This document shows, in pieces, positions 53,426-63,771 of a stretch of 64,000 nt of DNA; position 1 is the stretch's first letter; every line of letters starts with the position of its first letter. A program made the position numbers and the translations under genes. The DNA is from Octopus vulgaris. Taxonomy: Eukaryota. The notes beneath the pieces were generated by a model. It saw nothing but the letters and a program-made list of their open reading frames with translations, was not told the DNA's origin and did no database searches. The stretch spans positions 89,094,001-89,158,000 of the forward strand of contig OX597820.1 in the NCBI GenBank assembly GCA_951406725.2, written 5' to 3'.

Positions 53426-54127
53426 AATTCACAGCCTTGCGTTTTTCATAAGAAATCAATTTTACACCATCGATATTATTAAAGAGGCCAGTGCAGGCTT
53501 TTGAGGATCTACAAAGCGAAGTTTAGTAAGTAAACAAACTTTTCAAAAGCCTGCAGTAATACCGTGGGAAAAATGAGAGTAATCTTCCGCTTACGATCCA
53601 GAAACTGAAACCACTGAACTCAGCTTGCGATCGTCGTTTACCGGAAGCTCAGCAAACCGCACACACAAACATGTTTTATATTTTATCTGTTACTTATTTT
53701 AGCCATTAAAACTGCGGTCATGCTTGGGTACCGCCTCGAAAAAATTTTAGTTGAATGGTTTTAAGCTTGGTATTTATTCTATCGAAATCTTTTGCCAAAC
53801 TGGTAAGACATAAACACACAAACCAGCAGTTGTTAAGCGATGGTGAGGGTACACACACACACATTCTTTTATTCGTCTACACGTTTATTTAATTTGCTTT
53901 GCGGGAAGGATTGTTTTGACGAAGTCGCGTCTTGTCCCTACGTTCGAAAACGCGGAGTAGATAAAACAGGAGACAACTGATGAAGGGATTGTTCTTTATG
54001 TTGCCTGTCTCGTTTCTCTATTTCTTTCTTTCGTAGTTCGAAAAAAAGTTCGCTTTCCATGCTTTTGTTTTTTATGTTCTCGTTTCTCATTTTATTCACG
54101 TTATTTTACGTCCTGTACCCATGTATG

Positions 54128-54177
<50 letters not shown>

Positions 54178-54211
54178 CTAGGATCAGATGGTGGGCATAC
54201 AGAACAACCGT

Positions 54212-54283
<72 letters not shown>

Positions 54284-54605
54284 TAGAAGGTGGGACTGAA
54301 CCCGGAACCATGTGGTTGGTAAGTAAGCTACTTACCACACGCCCACTTATTAGCTTTTGAAATATGCTTAGTGGACAAACCAACATTCCCCTCTAAATGG
54401 GTTGCTAGTTTGTTACAAGTAAAAGTTAAACGATCGTTCGAATTCCGAATATTAGAATGAAAATACCGCCTGAAATTCAATCTCGTCTCTAGATACAAGT
54501 TGGTCTTTTTAGATACGTGTAAGTCGACATTATCTGATACTTAATGGTGTAGAGTTAAAATGTTACTGGGATGTCTAGCGTCTTTCTAACATTTTCATTA
54601 TGCTG

Positions 54606-54671
<66 letters not shown>

Positions 54672-54818
54672 TGGCCTGCTCACTTAGCCAGTGGGGTGGC
54701 GTAATTTGAAGGCTAAAACAATGCGAAGTGCATTGTGACCAGCGATGTGTAGTAACATCTGATAGTCTGGTCGGTCACGGTGATCACGGTGATATATGTA
54801 CATATATATATATGTATG

Positions 54819-54888
<70 letters not shown>

Positions 54889-54889
<1 letters not shown>

Positions 54890-55092
54890 CACCTTGATCA
54901 CCTTGACCGACCAGTCCGTCATGCGTCCATTTGACACCGTTGGTCACAGCACGCTGTCCACTCCTCTCTGGATCGCGCCTTTCTCATCCACATGATCCCA
55001 ATCATCCTCCTGAAATCGTAACTCCACCGTCGTGGAGGCCTTCCGGGTGGTCGTTTCCGCTCGCGCGGGTACCACTCGACAACTGCGCGAGT
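54889..55092 (-). mobile_element. RTE-clade LINE 3' end (ORF C-terminus and tail)
   Basis: TRAVVEWYPRERKRPPGRPPRRWSYDFRRMIGIMWMRKARSREEW...DA*, then tail ctggtcggtcaaggtgatcaaggtga running into (TA)n. Confidence 0.88.
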
Positions 55093-55663
55093 ATACGATG
55101 GCAAGATGGATGCATTGTGAGATTAGGGAGAGCAGAAGGTGCTAGATCGGTCGGAAGTATCGGATTCATCGTAAGTAAGGAATGGGCTTCGAGAGTCGCT
55201 TCTTACCAGTTCATATCATCACGGATTGGTGTACTGAATGTGAACCTCTCAGGGAAGGCCACCCTCAAGATTGTCCAGACCTATGCTCCCACAAGTGCCA
55301 GCGACGACGACGAGGTGGAAGAATTCTATCGACAATTAGACAAAGAGCTGGCTGTGAAGTCCACTTACACTGTTGTGATGGGAGACTTCAACGCAAAGGT
55401 TGGGCATGGACGACAAGGAGAGGAGTACGTCGGGAGATTCGGCATGGGAGAGAGAAACGAGAGAGGAGAACGTTTGGTTACCATGGCAGAGGCGAGGCGG
55501 CTCTACATCGGAAACATTCAGGAAGAGGGAGAGGAAGAGATGGACCTGGATATCGCCGAACTCTAAGCACCGAAGCGAGATCGACTACACCCTGGTTGAT
55601 AAGCGACGCATATTACATGACGTCTCCGCCGTGACGACGCCATTCAACACCGGCAGCGATCAT
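55093..55663 (+). mobile_element. Inverted APE-endonuclease segment of an RTE-clade LINE (frameshifted)
   Basis: GSIGFIV...SSRIGVL...IVQTYAPTS...VVMGDFNAKVG...RNERGERL, a frameshift at about 55515, then WTWISPN...EIDYTLV...NTGSDH. These are canonical APE motifs. Confidence 0.92.
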
Positions 55664-55672
55664 ACACACACA

Positions 55673-55727
<55 letters not shown>

Positions 55728-55886
55728 ATTGGCAGGGCTGGCCTGCTAGGTAGCCGGCCAGAATGCTAGAAATAGATCATAAACGATCAAACTACAAGGG
55801 AAATTCTCTAGAGGAAGAATTCAGCGAACACCAGAACCAAATTTGGCGGGCAGGACATATGAAAAATTAAATAAAAAACAGACTTA

Positions 55887-55962
55887 AATGCATACCTCGG
55901 TTTCGGTCTTAACAAAAGAATTACTTGCATAATTCAAGTGTCCGTGACTTCTTCAGTACATT
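55887..55962 (-). ncRNA. Type I hammerhead ribozyme motif (monomer copy 1)
   Basis: Reverse complement of 56891-56966. Confidence 0.7.
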
Positions 55963-56432
55963 CGGTCCTCGAGATGCAAACCGCAAGACTAACCCCAGCT
56001 CTCTGTGTCAAGACAGACACGTGCTTAGTCTTACTGATTACATCGGGAATAAAATTTCAAATGTCTTGGTTCCGGCGCGCTAAGAGACTCCTGAAGCGAA
56101 GGGCTGCAGTGAATAATTCACTGCGGGTAAAGCTTACTACTAGGGAACGTATTTATTTAAATATTTAAAAATTGAGGGAGATAAATTAATATTAATTTTA
56201 ATATCAATTTAAAACCAGTAGTCCAGCATTCAAAAAATCTGAGGAGTCAGAGAAAATTCAAATATATGTGTATATTGGCAGGGCTGGCCTGCTAGGTAGC
56301 CGGCCAGAATGCTAGAAATAGATCATAAACGATCAAACTACAAGGGAAATTCTCTAGAGGAAGAATTCAGCGAACACCAGAACCAAATTTGGCGGGCAGG
56401 ACATATGAAAAATTAAATAAAAAACAGACTTA

Positions 56433-56508
56433 AATGCATACCTCGGTTTCGGTCTTAACAAAAGAATTACTTGCATAATTCAAGTGTCCGTGACTTCTTC
56501 AGTACATT
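56433..56508 (-). ncRNA. Type I hammerhead ribozyme motif (monomer copy 2)
   Basis: Same as copy 1, 546 bp away. Confidence 0.7.
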
Positions 56509-56890
56509 CGGTCCCCGAGATGCAAACCGCAAGACTAACCCCATTCTGGCCGGCTACCTAGCAGGCCAGCCCTGCCAATATACACATATATTTGAATTTT
56601 CTCTGACTCCTCAGATTTTTTGAATGCTGGACTACTGGTTTTAAATTGATATTAAAATTAATATTAATTTATCTCCCTCAATTTTTAAATATTTAAATAA
56701 ATACGTTCCCTAGTAGTAAGCTTTACCCGCAGTGAATTATTCACTGCAGCCCTTCGCTTCAGGAGTCTCTTAGCGCGCCGGAACCAAGACATTTGAAATT
56801 TTATTCCCGATGTAATCAGTAAGACTAAGCACGTGTCTGTCTTGACACAGAGAGCTGGGGTTAGTCTTGCGGTTTGCATCTCGAGGACCG

Positions 56891-56966
56891 AATGTACTGA
56901 AGAAGTCACGGACACTTGAATTATGCAAGTAATTCTTTTGTTAAGACCGAAACCGAGGTATGCATT
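56891..56966 (+). ncRNA. Type I hammerhead ribozyme motif (inverted copy)
   Basis: AAUGUA-CUGAAGA-AGUC[37 nt]GACC-GAAA-C(CGAG)G-UA^-UGCAUU. Stem I is AAUGUA/UGCAUU, stem II is extended with an A-C first pair, and stem III is minimal. Predicted cut after 56960. Confidence 0.7.
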
Positions 56967-57226
56967 TAAGTCTGTTTTTTATTTAATTTTTCATATGTCC
57001 TGCCCGCCAAATTTGGTTCTGGTGTTCGCTGAATTCTTCCTCTAGAGAATTTCCCTTGTAGTTTGATCGTTTATGATCTATTTCTAGCATTCTGGCCGGC
57101 TACCTAGCAGGCCAGCCCTGCCAATATACACATATATTTGAATTTTCTCTGACTCCTCAGATTTTTTGAATGCTGGACTACTGGTTTTAAATTGATATTA
57201 AAATTAATATTAATTTATCTCCCTCA

Positions 57227-57268
<42 letters not shown>

Positions 57269-57398
57269 ACGTACATATATATACTTACATACAACCCACA
57301 CACACAGTATTCTGAAATGTGGAAATTGACGATTTAAAGTCTGTTCTCAGCATATTGGCATAGAAATTTTTTTTTTCTTTTGCTCTTGTTTATAAGTT

Positions 57399-57446
<48 letters not shown>

Positions 57447-57530
57447 AATATTAGGGAATAAATCCAAATTTACAGGGAAAAATCAGATTAAGGATTAAAA
57501 CCAATTTTATAGTAAAATATTATAATATTA

Positions 57531-57769
57531 TATAATATAATTCGAGACAAAACCACTATTTTGCAAAACAAACAAGGAAAGACTTAATCAATACATAAAA
57601 ACTTCATAAATTAAAACAGATTAGGAGATCGAAAATCCACCTGACGAATGTCATTGAAGACATGAAACGATTGTAGTGGCGGTTTATTTCTTTATATTAA
57701 AATTTTTATGTATTGATTAAGTCTTTCCTTGTTTGTTTTGCAAAATAGTGGTTTTGTCTCGAATTATAT

Positions 57770-57773
<4 letters not shown>
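57531..57773. repeat. 71-bp perfect inverted repeat enclosing a hammerhead
   Basis: 57531-57601 is the exact reverse complement of 57703-57773. Confidence 0.92.
57637..57679 (+). ncRNA. Type I minimal hammerhead ribozyme motif
   Basis: CCAC-CUGACGA-AUGUC(AUUGAA)GACAU-GAAA-C(GAUU)G-UA^-GUGG. Full core with 4-bp stem I and 5-bp stem II. Predicted cut after 57675. Confidence 0.8.
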
Positions 57774-57824
<51 letters not shown>

Positions 57825-58549
57825 TTATGTACGTATGCGTGTGTATATGCTTGTGTGTCTGTGTTTGTCACCCAACATCGCTTACAACCGATGCTGGTGT
57901 GTTTATGTCCCTATAATTTAGTGGTTCGGCAAAAGAGACCGATAGAATAAGTACTAGACTTACAAAGAATAAGTCCTAGGGTCGATTTGCTCGACTAAAA
58001 GCGGTGCTCCAGATTGGCCACTGTGAAATGACTGAAACAAGTAAAAGAGTGATATGATATGTGGATGCGCATTGTGACAAGCGGTGTATAACACAGTAAC
58101 GATCAAGGTAATCACGGCTACGATCATCCCGTCTATTAAGGGTATGCAGCACTAAATTATCTCAGACATCGTTTCTTTACTTAAGACGGTAGGATGTAAT
58201 CTGAGTGCAGTTTGATTGCTATTTATTGGCGAGTTGAGGGCGGCCGTGCAGACGGTGAGCAGAGATGGGAGAGCTATGCCACAAAAAATAGAGCTAAAGG
58301 ACTGAAATTATTTTATAGCATATATTTCCTTGGCTATTTGATTTGTTGCTTGCTTCAGTCACTAGATCACCGTCATGTCGAAGCACTGTCTCGAAGGTTT
58401 TTAGTCGAACAGATCGCTTCTAGTTCTTATTTTCTGAAGTCTGGTTCTCATTCAAACCGCTAAGTTACGGGAGGAGGTAAACAAACCATAGCCGGTTGCC
58501 AAGCGGGGTTACGATGACAAAAAGGCACAAAAACACATACATACACACA

Positions 58550-58584
<35 letters not shown>

Positions 58585-59061
58585 GGGGGAGAAAGAGAGA
58601 TAATCACTTCTATTCAAAGTTTAACCACTTCTTGTTAGACGTGCTTTTTTCCGTGTATGTGTACTTAAGTGGTTTTTGAGTTCCGAGAGCTGTTTGAAAT
58701 TTGCATTACAGCGCTAATACATCTTACTTCAAATGACAGTGTTATTTGTCTTGTCTGGTTATGAGTGCTGGAATTGTTTACACCAGGTACAGAGTTTTAG
58801 ACAGAGCAGGAATCTTATCAAAATTATACTATATTGGTTTACTAGTCAGCTGAGGTAGACTGGCCATTTGTGGCCATTTAAAACATATGGGGGATGAGCG
58901 CATCCCTAAGCAGGTTTTATCTTGGTGATTATCGGCCGAGAGGAGAAAACAATACTAACCAAAACAATGGTATATATATGTATATATATGTAACTACATG
59001 TGGATCGTTGGCGATTTTTTTCTTCCGTCTTCCTTTTCTCATGGACTTTCCTCTGTCTCTT

Positions 59062-59096
59062 TTTTCTGAAGAAGAGCTTTGCTCGAAACGTAAAGA
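59062..59096 (+). ncRNA. Minimal hammerhead motif (tandem copy 1)
   Basis: UUUU-CUGAAGA-A-GAGC(UUU)GCUC-GAAA-CG-UA^-AAGA. Stem III is reduced to the palindrome ACGU. Confidence 0.62.
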
Positions 59097-59211
59097 TACT
59101 TTTCTTTCTTTCCCTGAGCGTTTGGTAATACTTTTCATGTACCACATTCACGCGTCGCTGAAATCTATAAGTTTTTTTTCATTCTCTCTCTCTCTTTATT
59201 TTCTCTTATTC

Positions 59212-59247
59212 CTTTCTGTTGAAGAGCATAGGCTCGAAACGTAAAAG
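59212..59247 (+). ncRNA. Minimal hammerhead motif (tandem copy 2, core variant)
   Basis: CUUU-CUGUUGA-A-GAGC(AUAG)GCUC-GAAA-CG-UA^-AAAG, with A6U in the core. Confidence 0.5.
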
Positions 59248-59837
59248 ATTCTTTTCATTTTTCCGAGCGTCAAACAAATACACTTGCTTGATCGTACACC
59301 TGTTTTCGTCCTTTGCTTTCCTATATATTTCAACAACTATATATATATTCTTTTATTTGTTTCACTCATAAGACTGTAGCCATGGTGGGGGTCACCGCCT
59401 TGAAGAAGTTTAGCCGATAGAATTGACCCCAGTACTTCTTATTCTCTCGGTTCTTTTTGCACACTATCACCGATTGTCAAGCGGCGGTGGGGGATAAACA
59501 CAGTCACACACACACACACACACGACGGGCTTCTTTCAGTCTCTGAGTACGAAATTCACTCAGGGCTTTGTTCGGCCCGAGGCTATATTAGAAGGCACTT
59601 GCCCAAGGTGCCACGCAGTGGGACTTAACCCAGAACCATATGCCAGGATAAACACATTTCTTACTAGGCAGCCACACCAGGGTTTATACGCAGTTTCGAT
59701 CTATCGAATTCATTCAAAGCGTAGGTCAGTTCGGGGCTATAGAAGAAAACACCTGCCAAAGGTACCGCGCAGTAGGACTGAACCCGAAACCCAATCATTG
59801 CCAAACGAGCTTTTTAATCACACAGTAGCGGCAGTCG

Positions 59838-60260
59838 AAATACCTATATCTTTACTACCCACAAGGGGCTAAACACAGAAGGGACAAACAAGGACAGACA
59901 AACAGATTAAGTCGATTATATCGACCCCAGTGCGTAACTGGTATTTATTTAATCGACCCCGAAATGATGAAAGGCAAAGTCGACCTCGGCGGAATTTGAA
60001 CTCAGAACGTAGCGGCTGACGAAATACCTATTTCTTTACTACCCGCAAGGGGCTACACACAGAGGGGACAAACAAGGACAAACAAACGGATTAAGTCGAT
60101 TACATCAACCCCAGTGCGTAACTGGTACTTATTTAATCGACCCCGAAAGGATGAAAGGCAAAGTCGAACTCGGCGGAATTTGAACTCAGAACGTAGCGGA
60201 AGACGAAATACTGCTGAGCATTTCGCCCGGCGTGCTAACGTTTCTGCCAGCTCGCCGCCT
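59838..60260 (-). mobile_element. SINE family B tandem dimer
   Basis: Two ~184-bp units joined at gacgaaatac|ctatttc, with one complete head. Confidence 0.88.
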
Positions 60261-60729
60261 TTTTCTATAGCAATAATGATACATACTAATATCATTTCCG
60301 AAACCCTTTAGCCAAACATTTTAATTCGACCTGCTTTCAAACATCGCGGCAGTTCAACACCCACATATTGGTAAATGCAGATAACAATCTAATTTTCATT
60401 CTCGGCTCTTCCACTTTCGCAGGTCCATGGGAATATAACAGCATTAACGTCTCTGACCTAGGAGTGCCTGGAAAAGCTACGCGTACTGGCCCTTTCCTCG
60501 ATATCCAGTAAATAATGATAAATCAGTTTTTGACGAAGTTTTGGAATAACTGTCTCACAATGTCATATATCTCATGGGAAAGGAAAAGCTATTTTTTCTT
60601 CTTTTTTCCTTTCATTTTACTCATGCGTTTCATACAACGGAAATTACGATGCTGCGGCAAACAATCCCAAAATTTCAGTCCTTTGCATTTTGCCCTCCTA
60701 TATATATATTTGTGTGTGTATGTATGTAT

Positions 60730-60801
<72 letters not shown>

Positions 60802-61222
60802 AGCTTTGAAACTCCGATACTTAAGCATTCTGCTATGAGTGTCTTGTACCTTATAACGGAAACAGATGTAAGTTAATAAAATTCATTACATAATTTCTTG
60901 TTCCCTTGCCATTCATTTAATTTCTCGTATACATATTTACACACACACGCACATGTACATACATATACATACATATATACATACACACACATGTATGATA
61001 TAAAATTTAAGATAGATATAAAATTTAAGGAATGGAGTAGATAAAACCCAGGCTACATATGTTTTCTAGCTAGCAGGATATCGAAAGTAGTAGTTACCCA
61101 AACGCGGGGTAATCAGCTAGCTACTCGCCAGGCCAGAGATACTTTAATCAAATGAAGGTTACACCTTGATCCTTGGATCTTACCTTTACACAATTCACAC
61201 ACATACACACACACATACATAT

Positions 61223-61266
<44 letters not shown>

Positions 61267-61874
61267 GACTGATGGAGCTTTTTACCTACAGTGAGGGCAA
61301 TCCATCAAGGGGAATGAAAACTGATTCCAAACCTGCCTTGCAGTGAAATCCAGCTATGGGTAAGGCTTCGAGGGTAAACCTCGAGGAAAGAAAGCAGGAG
61401 TCAGAGCCTCTAGACAGTTGGACGTTGTTGGATCTCATCCTGGCAACTCCTGCAACGATGCTGGAGTTGCCGGGACAGACTTGCTGGTAGAATTGTTAGC
61501 ACGCCGGGCGAAATGCTCAGCGGGATTTCGTCTGCCGTTACGTTCTGAGTTCAAATTCCGCCGAGGTCAACTTAGGATCAGAGAGAAGGGACACGTTACA
61601 TGAGCAACAAACTGTCTCCCATACCATACTACATAGGCTCGGATCCTATCGAATACCCCATTATTGGGGAGATAGAACTGGAACACTATCACTCAAATAG
61701 CAACGGGACAGCTAACGAGTGAAGCTTGTGTGGCAGAGTTTGCCATTTGCGCATCAGACTGTTTTGTCACAGACAAGGCTGTTCGAGTGCAGACAACTAG
61801 CATCTTGATCCATGGTCATAATTGACAGACGGAATCCTTCATATCCATCCATCCATAAGAGAAGTGAGAGGGAA

Positions 61875-61910
<36 letters not shown>

Positions 61911-61952
61911 TAGACAAACACAGATATAATACTTTACTACTTTTGTTATGAG

Positions 61953-62200
61953 TGGAGGCGCAATGGCCCAGTGGTTAGGGCGTTGTGTGTGTTTATTGAG
62001 CGAAAACACCTAAAAGCTCCATGAGGCTCCGGCAGGGGGTGGGGTGTTGTACTCCTTCGCCACAACTTTCTCTTCGTCTCTCTTCCTGTTTCTTGAGTAA
62101 CGCTGCGATGGACTGGCGTCCTGTCCAGCTGGGGGGAACACATACGCCACAGAAACCGGGAAACCGGGCCCATGAGCTTGGCTAGGCTTGAAAAGGGCGA
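61953..62200 (+). mobile_element. SINE family C, internally deleted
   Basis: ggaggcgcaatggcccagtggttaggg fused to cgttgtgtgtgtttattgagcg; the B-box region is missing. Confidence 0.75.
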
Positions 62201-62669
62201 AAAAAAAACTTTTGTTATGATAGAGTAAGGTAAGGCGGCTAGCTGGGCAGAATTGTTGGCACGCCGGGCGAAATGCTCAGCGGGATTTCGCCTGCCGTTA
62301 CGTTCTGAGTTCAAATTCCGCCAAGGTCAACTTTTCCTTTCATCCTTCAGAGTCGATAAACTAAGTAGCGGTTACGCATTGGGTTAATTTAATTGTCTAG
62401 CTCCCTCCCCACAAATTTCAAACCTTGTGCCTATAGTAGAAAGGATTATGAGAGAGTAAGATTGCGTGGTAGAACTGAACGCTCGGATGCAATGGTTGAT
62501 CAGATGTCTGTTGGATCAAAGCTGGCTTTCTCTCTCTTTCTCCTTGTATGTTTGTCTCCCTCTCGAACGTTTCTAACACTTTACCTCATTCAATTCACGT
62601 AATTTGTTTTATTCTTACCTTGCGCGCGTAAGCGAAAGCAGGGTATTGTAATCAGTCATCTTTGTTTAT

Positions 62670-63067
62670 ACTCTTTTACTTGTTTCAGTCATTTGACTGC
62701 GGCCATGCTGGAGCACCACCTTTAATCGAGCAACTCGACCCCAGGACTTATTCTTTTGTAAGCCCAGTACTTATTCTATCGGTCTCTTTTGCCGAACCGC
62801 TAAGTAACGGGGACATAAACACACCAGCATCGGTTGTCAAGCAATGTTGGGGGGACAGACACAGACACAGACACAAACACGCATATATATATATACATAT
62901 ATACGACGGGCTTCTTTCAGTTTCCGTCTACCAAATCCACTCACAAAGCTTTGATCGGCCCGAGGCTATAGTAGAAGACACTTGCCCAAGGTGCCACGTA
63001 GTGGAACTGAACCTGGAACCATGTGGTTGGTAAACAAGCTACTTACCACACAGCCACTCCTGCGCCT
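62670..63067 (-). mobile_element. SINE family A, young copy
   Basis: Near-consensus reverse complement. Confidence 0.88.
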
Positions 63068-63219
63068 ATGTTTGTCTGTGTTTACAAAATTACTGGAAAA
63101 CGGTTGAACGGATTTTCACCAAATTTGGCAGAAATATTCACTGGGTGAGTGGCTCGAAATAATGAAAATTTGGTTTGATTATCTTCAAGCATACATAAAT
63201 ACATACATAGATATGCGAC

Positions 63220-63286
<67 letters not shown>

Positions 63287-63675
63287 ATGCGTGTACAGTG
63301 ATGGTTTTGAGGGTTTCGTTCATTTACGAGTTGATTTCTTAATTTCACCGGAAGTACCTATAATGGCGATACTTCCAAAAAAAAAAAAAAGAAAAAAAAT
63401 TAAAGGAAATCGAACTTACAAATTTCCTGATAAGCAAGTGGTCATATTATTTATATTCTACAACGAACTACAGTACGTTTGATTCACCTACAATCATTGA
63501 AAGACGTTGAAAACACTTAAATTCTATGCAATATTTTTGTTCACTTTCTTTTTCAAATGAATCGACCCTCGTCTGCGTGTGTATAGGTCATGGTGTATCT
63601 ATGCGCCTAGATACATGTGGATACATACATACATACATACATACATACGTAAATACATACATGGATATGCGACTC

Positions 63676-63706
<31 letters not shown>

Positions 63707-63771
63707 GAACAGTGATGGATTCAAGGGTTTCGTTTATTTACGAGTTGCTTTCACCGGAGTATAAATACGTA

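Larger units (their letters stand above)
55723..57233. repeat. Tandem plus inverted array of a 546-bp monomer (retrozyme/PLE pseudo-LTR-like)
   Basis: Direct repeat 55723-55997 = 56269-56543 (one substitution seen). Inverted arms 55723-56311 / 56542-57130. The right arm continues to 57233 into the next monomer. (TA)n lies on both flanks. Confidence 0.93.

Noticed and set aside
52884-53459. Poly-Leu/Ser and poly-Arg/Lys ORFs
   Set aside because: They come from a stop-free purine/pyrimidine triplet repeat, not a gene.
53910-54015. TTGACGA...CGAAA and CTGATGA motifs as hammerheads
   Set aside because: The first lacks C3 and a good stem II. The second lacks GAAA.
56238-56262. CTGAGGA-GTCAGA-GAAA as an opposite-polarity hammerhead in the 546-bp monomer
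   Set aside because: No stem II can form; the segment folds as tctga/tcaga instead. There is therefore no support for ambisense (viroid-like) ribozymes.
55938-56915. Identical 76-aa ORFs at 55938-56168 (+) and 56685-56915 (-)
   Set aside because: They have a GTG start and no recognisable motif, and lie antisense to the hammerhead. They are identical only because of the inverted duplication.
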